Of a DNA stretch of 45,131 nt, positions 1 to 11,509 are shown one piece after another. Where the stretch lies: NCBI GenBank assembly GCA_002633005.1, contig NMRA01000278.1:292275-337405 (forward strand). Direction: 5' to 3'. Positions within the stretch are counted from its first letter, which is position 1. Each line of letters begins with the position of its first letter. A model generated the notes under the pieces. That model had not been told where the DNA came from, searched no databases, and saw nothing but the letters and a program-made list of their open reading frames with translations. Source of the stretch: Phoronis australis (Eukaryota; Animalia; Phoronida). A program made the position numbers and the translations under genes.

Positions 1-180
1 ATATATGAGGTATATGGTACATGTGAAGCTCAAATAATTATATATTTATTGGAAATGGATTGTTTTTGTTTTAATATATGAGGTATATGGTACATGTGAA
101 GCTCAAATAATTATATATTTATTGGAAATGGATTGTTTTTGTTTTGATATATGAGGTATATGGTACATGTGAAGCTCAAA
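1..180. repeat. About 73-bp tandem repeat, 2.5 copies
   Basis: atatatgaggtatatggtacatgtgaagctcaaa... starts at 1, 74 and 147. Confidence 0.9.
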
Positions 181-1539
181 GTCACCTTNATATAATTGCT
201 AAACAAAACAGGGTGTATTTATAACACATTAACATTCATTGAGTCTGTTGCTATGTATGTCACCAGGACATTTTTTTATAAATTGCCCCAAAAAAGCTCA
301 ACAAGATGTTGGATGTTAACCAAAATAGTTCAGGACACACCCAACAACATACTTCATGTGACGAAAAAATAAGTTTCCTAATTTTGAATAGGAACATTGC
401 TTTTGGCCATTTTGAAAAAATACGATATCCTGACGTAGTTTATCGATGCCGACTTAATCATATTTCCATATGGTTCATGTGGTGTCTTGTTCTTCAACCG
501 GTTTGTTAAGTTGTAGAGTGATTACGACTGTGTGGTGATCAAAATTGCCAACAGGAGGTAGTACAGAACATGATTCAATGATACTCAAATTGTTTGTTAT
601 GCAGAGATCAATACATGATTGAGAAATCTCAGCCATGGCGCATTAAGTAGATGTATGCAAGTTGAATAAAAAGTAAGATGTAGTCCAGCTGTATCGTCAT
701 GACGGCATCACAGTACCTTGCAGGTGGTTGAGTTTCGGGCACCATTTATGATTCTAAACGCTATTGGGCTTAGCTAGAGCTTTGAAATAATGTTTTCTTT
801 CATCTGGTGACTGGTGATCGGTAAACCAACCTATGACGAAAGTTTCTGTGACCGAAATCAATTTCGATCCAGTAGTTCAATAACTGAGGACAAGTTAAAA
901 TGGGACAAAATTTAAATATGAGTGTGTTTATTGTGAACAGGGTGATGCCAGAGCCACTATATACTGTGACAGCTAGTGTTATGTAATCACCTCTCAGGGG
1001 ATATGGATGTGTCACTTCCTGGTCAAATCAAGACTGAAAACATGTTTTTCTTCACAGCCAGTCTTATACAAGGTGATGTGGGGCCCCTATGAAGACGTTA
1101 AAAAGACGAATTAATTCAGGTGGAATTCTGTTTTAATGCTGCTTCGTGACGCAATTTTCTACAAATCCATGAAAATCATTCGTGTTTTTTGAAACCATTT
1201 CACACATTTTTTTTCTGTTTCCATCATCACATTCCCGTTGCTGACAGATAAATCTCTAAGTCCAGCTGATCGAATCTTCGAAACCGCGCGTTTTTGTTTT
1301 TCGTATCTTAGCAGTGAAAAGCAAGGAGTGTACATTATAGAATAGTCCAGTCAATGAGCTAGCTATCTTGTAGAGTTCACTACGCCTTCTTGCCATTCGC
1401 AGCAATGGTTATCGGTAGAAAAGTTAGCGCCCCACTGAACCATAACACTGATCGATAACTTCATACTTCAATGATGTTCGATGTGCAATAAAATTACTGT
1501 GTGATTGAAAATGGCCAGAACCAGTTTTGTTTATAGATA

Positions 1540-1935
1540 TCCGAAATTATTAAACTCGGTCATAGCCGCTCGGATTCCCGACTTGACTCGTGCTCTTCTC
1601 CGACCAGCACCATTTAACAAGTATTTAATTTTTCCTACCCAAGGAGAGGTATATATATTTGCCTCAGACATGTATTTGAATAATCTAAACATTGTACAAG
1701 AAAGTTTTGACGCTTTTCCATTTTTCAATCTTAAATTCAACATTCGTGATCGTCGGACCATTTTTTCAATTTATATCTACCCAATTAATTCACCAAGTAC
1801 TTTACAATTTGCTGTATTTTTATTCAGTTTTAGAATGCTTTTACCGAATTCCATGTAAAAGGTCTCCAGTGCTTCACAATTTTCATGTCTCCAAACTTCT
1901 GAGCCGTATAAAAGAATTGGTGCTTGGCAGCAGAG
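1540..1935 (-). mobile_element. Decayed non-LTR retrotransposon (LINE) ORF2 C-terminal fragment
   Basis: The minus-strand peptide PILLYGSEVW...FGKSILKLNKNTANCKVLGEL, continuing after a frameshift as RMLN...NGKASKLS, matches the pattern of the post-RT region of invertebrate LINEs. Confidence 0.75.
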
Positions 1936-2601
1936 ACCGTCTTTTTGCTTGGTATGTGCCCCCCGAAAAGCAAATTCAGTAATCCCGTCATGCCTTGTAA
2001 ACCAGGAAGTAAAAGTTTTGCGGCTGCGCACATTAAACATGTGAAATGTATTCATTTGTTTCAAAACACTGTCAAGACTTGTTCTTAACTGTAGTGTTGT
2101 AATTATTTATTTCATCAGTTTCTGTACTCGTGAGTAATTGTGAATTTTGTTCCCCTTCTCTGTTCAAAATGTTGATTGGCTATAATTTGGGGTTGGTTGA
2201 GTAAAATTTCAACGCTTGAATGAATCGGTGTATGACTAGTCCGTGAATAACATTCAATGAAGCTTGTGGGCTTGGTAGTTTGGTACCTTTGCGTAGTGTG
2301 TTTTCATCAATGTTCATTGCTATACACGGAAAAGGTTTAGGGAGGTTTTATAAGGTTGCATGTCATTTCCAGAAGTCACATCCCCTTCCGCGGATCAAGT
2401 ACCGTGTCTGCCCCCTCCCTCCCCTTCTGGTCTGCTGCGTCTCTGGTCTGGGTTTCGACCGCAGTGGGTGGAGCATGGCTCTCAAATGCCCCCAAGAAGA
2501 GTGGTGACATCCTATTTGGTCGTGGGCTCTACCATTGTTCGGTACCAATCAAAGTTTTGCCAGGACCGAGACTTGAACTATACAATATTAGCAGTTGGCA
2601 G

Positions 2602-3152
2602 TGTAGTAATACTAGCCGAGATTACCCGACCCAGGAATCAAAGCAGCGACCCCCATAGAACTGGCAAGCGTGCTAACCATTCAGCTAATGGCAATTGCCC
2701 GTTAGCGAGTGGCTAACAGAGGCTCATATATGATTCACCGGAAGCACGTCTACAACATCCCCCCCTTTCCTACGGAACGGGCACGCCACCAGGAAGGTGA
2801 ACACCAGGATGTCTCCTATACGTAGGTCATCAACGTCCCTTGGTACTTTTACCACCACAACACACAGGTGAAAACAAGGTATTCTGTCATACACAGGTCC
2901 TTGACTCCTGCAACCTTCCATGCGCGCCGTCCCGAGGTCCGCAGGTACTTGTTGGCAGTGCTTCATTGGTAGATCATCCGTTTGCCGACTACGCCATTTG
3001 TAGTAATAGCCGAGATTACCCGACCCGGGAATCGAATCAGCGACCCCCATAAAACTGGCAAGCGTGCTAACCATTCAGCTAATAGACAATTGCCCGTTAG
3101 CGAATGGCTAACAGAGGCTCATATGTGATTCACCGGAAGCACGTCTACAACA
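2602..3152 (-). mobile_element. Non-autonomous LTR retrotransposon (TRIM) with tRNA-like LTRs
   Basis: Direct repeats 2602-2757 and 2999-3152 with TGT...ACA termini. PBS at 2983-2996, PPT at 2758-2770, flanks gcag/acag. Confidence 0.88.
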
Positions 3153-3223
3153 ACAGCATGGTAGCCGAGCTTCCAAGCCATTCAGTTAAGAAGCAGTTAC
3201 CACTTGGAAAAATTTAGGGCTCG

Positions 3224-3282
3224 ACTTTACGTGGCTGTGTGTCACACCCGCAACGGGCCAGAAGTCACGTGCCACGTAAAGT
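3224..3282 (+). promoter_or_regulatory. Putative RABGAP1 promoter motif cluster (inverted ACGTGGC pair plus GTCACGTG E-box)
   Basis: 12-bp perfect inverted repeat actttacgtggc / gccacgtaaagt. gtcacgtgcc at 3264-3273. Locally CpG-rich and upstream of the first exons. Confidence 0.4.
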
Positions 3283-3400
3283 GTGAAGGAAATATCGGGA
3301 AGAACTCTGTACTCGCGCAGTCAGACCAACTTTGTTCCGCTCACTAGTCTGAAGGTCTTTTCAAGCGTATTGACTTTAATACCTTATTCAATTTAGGTCA

Positions 3401-3569
3401 GTCTAAATCACGTTTTTGCATTGGGTCTAAATCACCTTTTGCATTGGATCTAAATCACCTTTTTCATTGGGTCTAAATCACCTTTTGCATTGGATATAAA
3501 TCACCTTTTGCATTGGGTCTAAATCACCTTTTGCATTGTGTCTAAATCAGCTTTTGCATTGGGTCTAAA
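3401..3569. repeat. 22-23-bp minisatellite, about 7-8 copies
   Basis: Unit gggtctaaatcaccttttgcatt. Confidence 0.9.
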
Positions 3570-3649
3570 ATTCTTAAGATCAACAATGAATGTTAGTGCG
3601 CCTTACTATATCCGTATCGCAAAAGGCTCCTTAGACAACAATGAGTTGT

Positions 3650-3705
3650 AATTACGGAGATGACCTAATTACGGAGATGACCTAATTATGGAGATGACCC
3701 AATTA
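3650..3705. repeat. 17-bp tandem repeat x3
   Basis: Unit aattacggagatgacct. Confidence 0.85.
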
Positions 3706-4344
3706 CTGTAGCACCTTGTAGTGACCAAGGAGCTTTTCACGTCTTGTTTTGGAGGGAAGAGTGATTCTGGATGATGTCTTTAAAACCAGTAGTTGGATTT
3801 CGATAAAACTGGGCATAGAGGTACTATTGCTATAGATGCCTTGTGAGAGGGGAATTTTTTGGGGTAAGGGAGAAATTCTACTCTCCCAGTCACCAACAAT
3901 GACACCCCACTCCTGTTGCAAGCCTTCATAGGCTCGGCCTCAAGTAGTCAAAACTAACTTTTTGTGCTCTTTCAGATTGTCACGTGTGTGAGTTACAAAT
4001 GATTCCAATCTTCAAGGGGAATTTTTTTATCAATTGGGGGAAAATTTTGGCCTCGTGAATGGATTTTTGCTGTTTTTTCAATGCTTTCAGAAGGAAATGA
4101 GTCCGTTGTTCAAGGGATTGAGGGCCCTGATTGTGCCAGCACCATTTGATTTTCGGGCTGTTTCAACTACTACAGCATCTCCTAGTGGTCATCTTGTGTT
4201 TCGGGTGATATTAAGTTTTTACTGTAAAGTTTCTGGGTTTTTCAACTGTTTTTATGGTGTGATTTAGAACTGGCTGTAGTCTGAACTGATGGACGTGAGT
4301 CAAGAAAATGCAGAATAATATGTGTATGCCTGACCTTTCCCCAG

Positions 4345-4372
4345 TTCAATTCGATGAACAACAAGCAAAATG
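4345..4372 (+). other. Tentative 5' mini-exon ending in ATG (4370-4372)
   Basis: Acceptor ctgacctttccccag|, donor aaaATG|gtaggt. The ATG is in frame with the next two exons. Confidence 0.4.
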
Positions 4373-4633
4373 GTAGGTTTTGGTACATTAGTGGGGGACA
4401 TGTTGTGTGTAAATTTCATGAAGATTGAAGAAACTTCATTTTACCAAATAATAATTGGAAATATTCCTTTTTTATAGGCCAGGGACTAGTTATTCCAGGT
4501 TCCCTAGTGGTCAATATTGAATTTGCTTGCAGTCAGCCATTAGACTAGCTATTCTGGGTTGTTTTGCCTAATTATGTTTTGCCATGCAGCATGTTAAAAT
4601 TGTTATGATAAAAGAAATTAGGCCTGTGGAGCC

Positions 4634-4753
4634 ACGTGCTGTAGGAGGGTTTGGGGATGGGGTGTAAAGGGCCGCTACGTGCTGTAGGAGGGTTTGGGGA
4701 TGGGGTGTAAAGGGTCGCTACGTGCTGTAGGAGGGTTTGGGGATGGGGTGTAA
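4634..4753. repeat. 43-bp G-rich minisatellite (repeated again at about 4930-5017)
   Basis: Unit acgtgctgtaggagggtttggggatggggtgtaaagggccgct. Confidence 0.9.
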
Positions 4754-5224
4754 NGAAATATTCCTTTTTTATAGGCCAGGGACTAGTTATTCCAGGTTCC
4801 CTAGTGGTCAATATTGAATTTGCTTGCAGTCAGCCATTAGACTAGCTATTCTGGGTTGTTTTGCCTATTATGTTTTGCCATGCAGCATGTTAAAGTTGTT
4901 ATGATAAAAGAAATTAGGCCTGTGGAGCCACGTGCTGTAGGAGGGTTTGGGGATGGGGTGTAAAGGGCCGCTACGTGCTGTAGGAGGGTTTGGGGATGGG
5001 GTGTAAAGGGCCGCTACTGCACTATAGTGTTCTCCACAACCTGTTTTGACTCGTAACTGCATCAACTTTGAATTTTGACATGGCGAGTTTGGCTTCCAAG
5101 CGTCGAGTTTGAAAACCTACACAACGAGTTTGAATTATTGGGAGATTAATCATTTTTTGAGAAATTGGATTTTTGGCACCAGTTCATTGCATTTGCCCTG
5201 TAATTCAAGTTTGTATTTTCTTTT

Positions 5225-5498
5225 GTGGAGAGCACTGCACGGACAAGGCTAGTTGTAGAGAGCACTGCACGGACAAGGCTAGTTGTAGAGAGCACGGCAC
5301 GGACAAGGCTTGTTGTAGAGAACACTGCACGGACAAGGCTAGTTGTAGAGAGCACGGCACGGACAAGGCTAGTTGTAGAGAGCACTGCACGGACAAGGCT
5401 AGTTGTAGAGAACACTGCACGGACAAGGCTAGTTGTGGAGAGCACGGCACGGACAAGGCTAGTTGTAAAGAGCACTGCACGGACAAGGCTAGTTGTAG
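5225..5498. repeat. 30-bp minisatellite x9
   Basis: Unit gtagagagcactgcacggacaaggctagtt. Confidence 0.95.
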
Positions 5499-5643
5499 GT
5501 TCTAGGCATAGGTTTTCCTTTATTTGGCGCACCTCCTTTTATCAAAGGTGAATAGTGTTGTCCTTGCTTAGCAACAGTACTACAAGTACTGAACTACTGA
5601 GTAGTCAAAGTTTCACACTGTTGACCCTCTGACCTATTTTCAG

Positions 5644-5693
5644 GGTAAAGAATCCATTGTCAGGACTCGGCAAGTCGTCAACAGTGAGCCACA
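5644..5693 (+). CDS. RABGAP1: Tentative exon GKESIVRTRQVVNSEP(Q); may instead be 5'UTR
   Basis: ttttcag| acceptor and strong |gtaagt donor. Its phase-2 end fits both acceptors of the next exon. Confidence 0.5.
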
Positions 5694-7660
5694 GTAAGTC
5701 CACACTGGGTGGGTGATAGATATTGCTTATTAAAGAAGCTATAAGGATTTGAATTTTAATATTAAGTAACTGTAAAACCTCACCAATTTCATGCAGAAAT
5801 AATTTCCAAAATTGATTTTTTAATAGTTTCTAATCTTCGTTTATGGATACAGTTTCTAAAAACTTTGTCTGCTTGTGGCTGTAGTACAGCACTTAAAACT
5901 AGATAAACACTTAGCTGGACGTGTTATTTAGAAAACTACAAAAAAATTGGCTTGTCTGCCATTTTGTATCCTAAACTGGAAAGCATTTAATATACCGCAT
6001 GAATTTGCCTCATGAAATCTTTCACAAAATCTTCAAAATGCATTCCCAGAAAACTTATATGTTACAAAAAGAACATATTAAATCATCTTAATAAAGTAAC
6101 ATTGTATGTTATCGTCTTAATGAAGTAACATGGTATAGTATGATTGTAATGAATAATTCGAAAGGCTTACTGCATTCTTGCGAAAGCTTAAAATTGTGTG
6201 TGGCAGCTGTATTGCTTAGATACAATGGGATAAAATTGTCTTAAAACTATTTTGTTAATGATATTTTATTATAAAGCTCCACTAATCTTCTTCATTGTGC
6301 CCCTAACTGAAAAATGTTTACTGTAGTCTAATGGAAACCATCTAATGTTGGGCTGCTTTGCCATCCCGCAGTTGGTGTATTTGTGAAATCATCTGAATTG
6401 TTTCTACACCCTATCCTAGTTTCACTTGATTTTGGTTGCATTTTGTATAACTGCAACTTTCTTGTGAGAAACACATCCATCATACAATACCATGCAAAAT
6501 CAGGCGAGTGAAATGCCTGTTTCACGTGCGGTGTCCTTTAGTGCATTTACACTGACAAAATGGCTACTAGTGAAATGATAGGTCACACAGTCTGGAATGT
6601 TGAATCTTGGGACTGAGCTGCAAGAAAAAATTCATTCCATGAGTCGATGTTTCTCACCTCGAGTGTTTTACAAGTGTTTTGTGTATGTGGGGTGTGCTTC
6701 TCAGTGTGTTTGTTCTTATCTATGTGTCATGCTTTGGCTATTTGTGAGCTAGCTGACTAAGTTTACTTTTCATCACGTCCTACTGGCAGGCCAGCATGCC
6801 TAGATAATTACAGGGTGAATCATGTTTTCAGGTCTATCCAATGTTTCTGTGCATGAAAATACTGCAATGTATATATTTCTTTCAATTTGAAATAACTTAA
6901 GATAACTTCTAAAATTAGCTGATGGGCATTTTCATTCAGAAATTGGACACAATGAAATTCCAGTTGCCTGTCATATTGTGCCCTGGTCACTTTATAATTT
7001 CTTTGACTTTAGAGCTCCTGTTTGAATCCTTTGGTCTTGAGGCACAATTTTCCATGCTGAACTTGTTCCCAAAATTCTTGATGTTATTCTGTATGTGATG
7101 CATGACTTTACCACCAGCGATGTCTTCTTTTTCAGAAGTTACTATCCTGTTTATGTCATTCCATTAATTTAGGAATCTTCAGTTTACTGAATCCAGTCAT
7201 GCTGCTAGAGAGGGTATCGAAACAAACTAAGCTTTATTTTTAAATGACTTATTCTTTTTAAAATTACATTGGTAAAAAGTTCAATTTCGGACCTGAGAAG
7301 TTGGGCCCCTGATGGCAATGTTGGGGCCCCAAAATGGAAGCATTGAGGGCCCTGAACTCTTTTTCTGAAGTACAAAAACCACAGTCTGGATCCTTATCTT
7401 TGAGGTGTACTTTTACCCCCTAATAGAACGGCAAAATTTTCGAGAGCTTGGTAGTGAAAAATGTGCTTCTGAAGTTTGGAGCAATGCCGGTGTGTTTGTG
7501 CTTTGGCTGGAAAGGAATGATGTGACAGAGAAAGCATTAGGAACTGTTTCACAGCACCATGCATTTCATAGATAGATTTGTACAAAAAGCAGTCTTTTGC
7601 ACTACAAAGTGTATTGTTATCGAAATATCTTGAATTGTCTTGCTTTGTTTATAATTCCAG

Positions 7661-8001
7661 AACCAGCAAAGATGGGCCACTGCTTGTTTTTGACAGGTGT
7701 TCATTAGATCACGGAATGGAAGATAGTAAGAGTTTCAGTTCTCTTGACTCTAACAATGATGAATATGTTGTTGTAAGTCCAGACCCGAAACTTCGTATCC
7801 CTGACAACGGTAACCACGGTGACTTGGAGAAAAAGATGAGTGAAGCCCTTGGTGATGCGGGAGGCTCAGAGACTGTTGAGGCAGAGACGTTTGAGTCAGA
7901 CCTGGAGAACTGGAGGATGACGGAAAGTGGGGAGACAGTGACATCTGGTGAGAACGGAGATGAACCATGTGAGAATGGATCTGGTGAGAACGGTAAACAA
8001 G
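7661..8001 (+). CDS. RABGAP1: RABGAP1 N-terminal acidic exon (likely main ATG at 7716, MEDSKSFSSLDSNNDEYVVVS...)
   Basis: Two in-phase acceptors (exon start 7661 or 7697) and donor caag|gtatgc, phase 1. The start resembles the vertebrate N-terminus as I recall it. Confidence 0.8.
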
Positions 8002-9198
8002 GTATGCCTCTACGTTATCCTATATGAATTGACCTTTTGGGTCAAATAACGGTAATTTGTCCTCATTGTTATTGTTTTAGAGTTGACATATGATCTTGAA
8101 ATTTGGTGCACAAGTAGTCATAAGGAGAACATGTACTGTGCCTAACAGGATTTGGTTCAAGACGGCCATTTTTAATGTTTTATTTGTAATTTTATAGAAG
8201 ACTACATTGTGGACAGAATTTAATCTCTCAATTTGATTAAACTTTTCTTTATTCCAATCTAGAATTGATGGTAATACTAAACAAAAGCACAAAAGTCTCA
8301 TTAAACCATTGCCATCATTTTAATTAATGAAACAATTGCAAATTTTCAGTCCAAGAAGTTCTGTTGTAAAATACTTACTGTGTCAACTGGTGTTGAATTT
8401 TGTATTCTCTACTACAAGATTGTAATAATATATTGAAGATTGAAAATAATTGAATTGTTATTATTTGGATTAAAGGAAATTTAAAAACAAGTTTCAGACA
8501 GAAATTTTTGTCATAAGCGGAATTTCCGATAGTGCAGATGAACATAAAAATCTTTCAGAGAACACTTATTGATCCTTTTCTTTTTTCAATACATGTGTGA
8601 TTGTGATTGGTGTATAGTGAATGTAAATAATTAGGGAGGACTTATCAACCAAGGCAATTTTATTTGTAATACAATTGTTTTCAAGTTAAACAACTTTGGA
8701 AAATTATTCAGAAAATATAGCATGGAAACACTGAATAACATTTTTGAAAACAAGTTATGGCAAGGTAGAACTGACAAAAAATACAAGAAAAAAGTTCTGC
8801 ATCGTTGAATAGATAGCATCCAAAGTGTACAGTTGGTGTAACTGAAGTTGTTAAATTTAGAATTTTTTATTTAGTGTATCTTAAAAAACACCTTTCAGTT
8901 TTGTCATTATGGACAGGATTGGAGGTCTACCTACTTAGGGTTATGTTGATCCTATCAACATGTCTCTGTATTTATCCGAATAACAGCAAAACTATAGAAT
9001 GATTTAAACTCGGTGAAGGTGCATGTTTTGTTAAAGTAGAAAGCTTGTACAATATGATTTTTTCTTTTACTTTTTAACAATATGTTGTTAATTGGGTCAT
9101 GTGAGATTTATTGATAGTGAAACATCACTGTCAATAACTTGACCCAAAAAATATGATACAACTGTTTCTCCAAAACTCTGTTACAGTTGCCTAAATCN

Positions 9199-9550
9199 CC
9201 TTAACATATTGAAGGACTTTTCTGCTTACTAACTTGTAACCTTAACATATTGAAGGACTTGTCTGCTTACTAACTTGTAACCTTAACATATTGAAGGACT
9301 TGTCTGCTTACTAACTTGTAACCTTAACATATTGAAGGACTTGTCTGCTTACTCACTTGTAACCTTAACTTGAAGCCAGTGTCAGCTCAGTTCAATATTT
9401 AACCAAACAATACGCTGATGGACATGTCTTAATATTTAACCAAACAATACGCTGATGGACATGTCTTCAATATTTAACCAAACAATACGCTGATGGACAT
9501 GTCTTCAATATTTAACCAAACAATACGCTGATGTACATGTCTTCAATATT
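9199..9550. repeat. Two adjacent minisatellites: 41 bp x4 and 38 bp x4
   Basis: Units ccttaacatattgaaggacttgtctgcttactaacttgtaa and ttcaatatttaaccaaacaatacgctgatggacatgtc. Confidence 0.9.
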
Positions 9551-11509
9551 AATTTTCCTTCTCGTTATGGTAAATGAATTTAAAAACAAGTTGGTAAGCA
9601 GCACCCCTGTATCAACATGAAATTTCCTTTCTATTCTCTCATTAGAATTTTGTAAAACTGACATTTTCGGATTTTGAAGTTGTTAATTTAATTTTTTAAG
9701 ATTTCAAAATCGTTTCTTAATTTTTTGAACAGGCTAAATATATGTTTCAGTTTTCTTAATAGGCTGTTTTAAGACACATTCGTTGGTGATTCTAAGTTGG
9801 AAGAACTAATGCTTCTATAATATACCTGGACGAATTTTCTGTCAGCAACTTTCCAGCCCATGATGCTGAATCATTATTTTTGTTCTCATAAATACAATCT
9901 CTAACGATTTTATTTTAAAAAATTCACTTTTGGTACAGAACTTGGATATGATAAAGCATCATTTCAGTACTGTATACTATTTACATACCAATGAGAGAAT
10001 GACATTTCACCTTTCTGCCATATTGTGTCTTAAGTTGACGAAATTTTACCATAATAGTTGGCCAAGATATCTGTGCAAAAGTATTTAAAAATTTTCAGAC
10101 ACCTTCAAATTGTTGTTAATAAATGACTAGATCTCTTGTTTTCAAAAATACTTAATAACCTTTAAGGTTAAGGAAGGTGCAAGTTTGCAAGTCTGTGCAT
10201 AATTAAAAGTTCTGTGAAATCCTGTTTCCAGCAAATTCCAATTTCTCTCAAGATCTTGCAAGTTTAAATTGTCTTTTAACAAAATTAGGAGACAGTTTTT
10301 ATGGTTGGTCACTGATTATTGTTTTCTGTAGAGGAATTCCAGCTATGAAAACACTGGGGTTACACTGACAAGCCTACATGGGAACCTTATTGGTTTCCAT
10401 GGTAACCTTAGTCTGGGAGATTTTATGACCTTTTGCCTGACCTCTTTTAATAATTGCTCCTGAACATTAAGGATGCATCTGCATTAAACAGAGTTTTTTT
10501 TCAGTGTGAAATGAATTAGCACAAAAGTCGTGTGTTTCATGTTGAAGAAATGTGAGAGGTTGTGGTTTGTATTGGCATGGGGATTTGGCTGAAATGTCTG
10601 TCGTGTGCACGTGGTGAGTAGTGTAGGACTGCAGTCTGATACTGTATCACTGGCACTGACTGCGTTGTTTGTGTTGAGACATAGCTGGATTTGAAATGGC
10701 AGTGAGTGAGCTCTGTGTATCCTTGCTTTTGATTATTGATTATCATGAACATCTATTGTTTCCTACTGCTGAAAACAGGAGTTGACCATCTGGTTGAAAA
10801 ACTGGTGTTTCAGAAGGCTTGGGTTGTTTTGACACTGTTTTCCATGTGCGTTTTGAAGTCTGGAAGTTTTACTGGACTTAAGTGCAAATTTTGAAAAATG
10901 ACAAGTTGTGGAATATATGCCACTTAGTAGCAAGTTTGTTGGACAAGTAATGTGGCTACATCACTCGTGAAACACTGACCTTCTACTTGTGTGGTCTTAC
11001 ATGGTCTTGCCAAACTCGCTGAAAATTACCGTAGTCAATGAAATGCATAGTCGTTGAAATCCTCGTTTTTACCATTTTGACAGGAATGAATAGTTGTTAC
11101 TGTTATTATTTGGCAGTGATTCACACCAACTTTTGTTGCTAACTTGTCATTTCTGCAAGTTAACAAAACATTTCTCTTGCTCAAATTATTGAGTTATAAA
11201 ACCTTCACATTAACAATCTTCACCCAGATGTTAGCAAATCTGTTGTGTGTCGCTAGATCTCCATAACTCAATGTTCAAATCAATATTAACCCATCGGGCA
11301 CGCTACTTTGAAATTTCATTTGACCGACAGTAAAAGTTACCTGTTGCTGGACTACTGTTATAGTCAAGCTCTGTAATGCGATTTAGTGGTCTGTGTTACA
11401 CAAGAACAGATGTAGAAAATTCATTGCTACTAACTACTTCAACTTTGTGATTTCTGTTGACCTAATTAATGTTGAGTAGGACTTGAGTTGTTGTCTTGCA
11501 CTGCTTCAG

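Noticed and set aside
700-1015. Possible divergent minus-strand gene (MVPETQPPA then gtactg donor; ORF 800-1015)
   Set aside because: No recognisable homology and no supporting exon chain in the window.
2361-2509. Possible solo LTR (TGTCA...TGACA)
   Set aside because: Only 5-bp inverted ends, no TSD and no second copy in the window.
2999-3100. Standalone tRNA gene
   Set aside because: A- and B-box-like motifs are present, but I cannot fold an acceptor or anticodon stem. The segment is part of an LTR.
5146-5551. Several ORFs on both strands with repetitive peptides
   Set aside because: They are translations of a 30-bp minisatellite, with no evidence of real coding.
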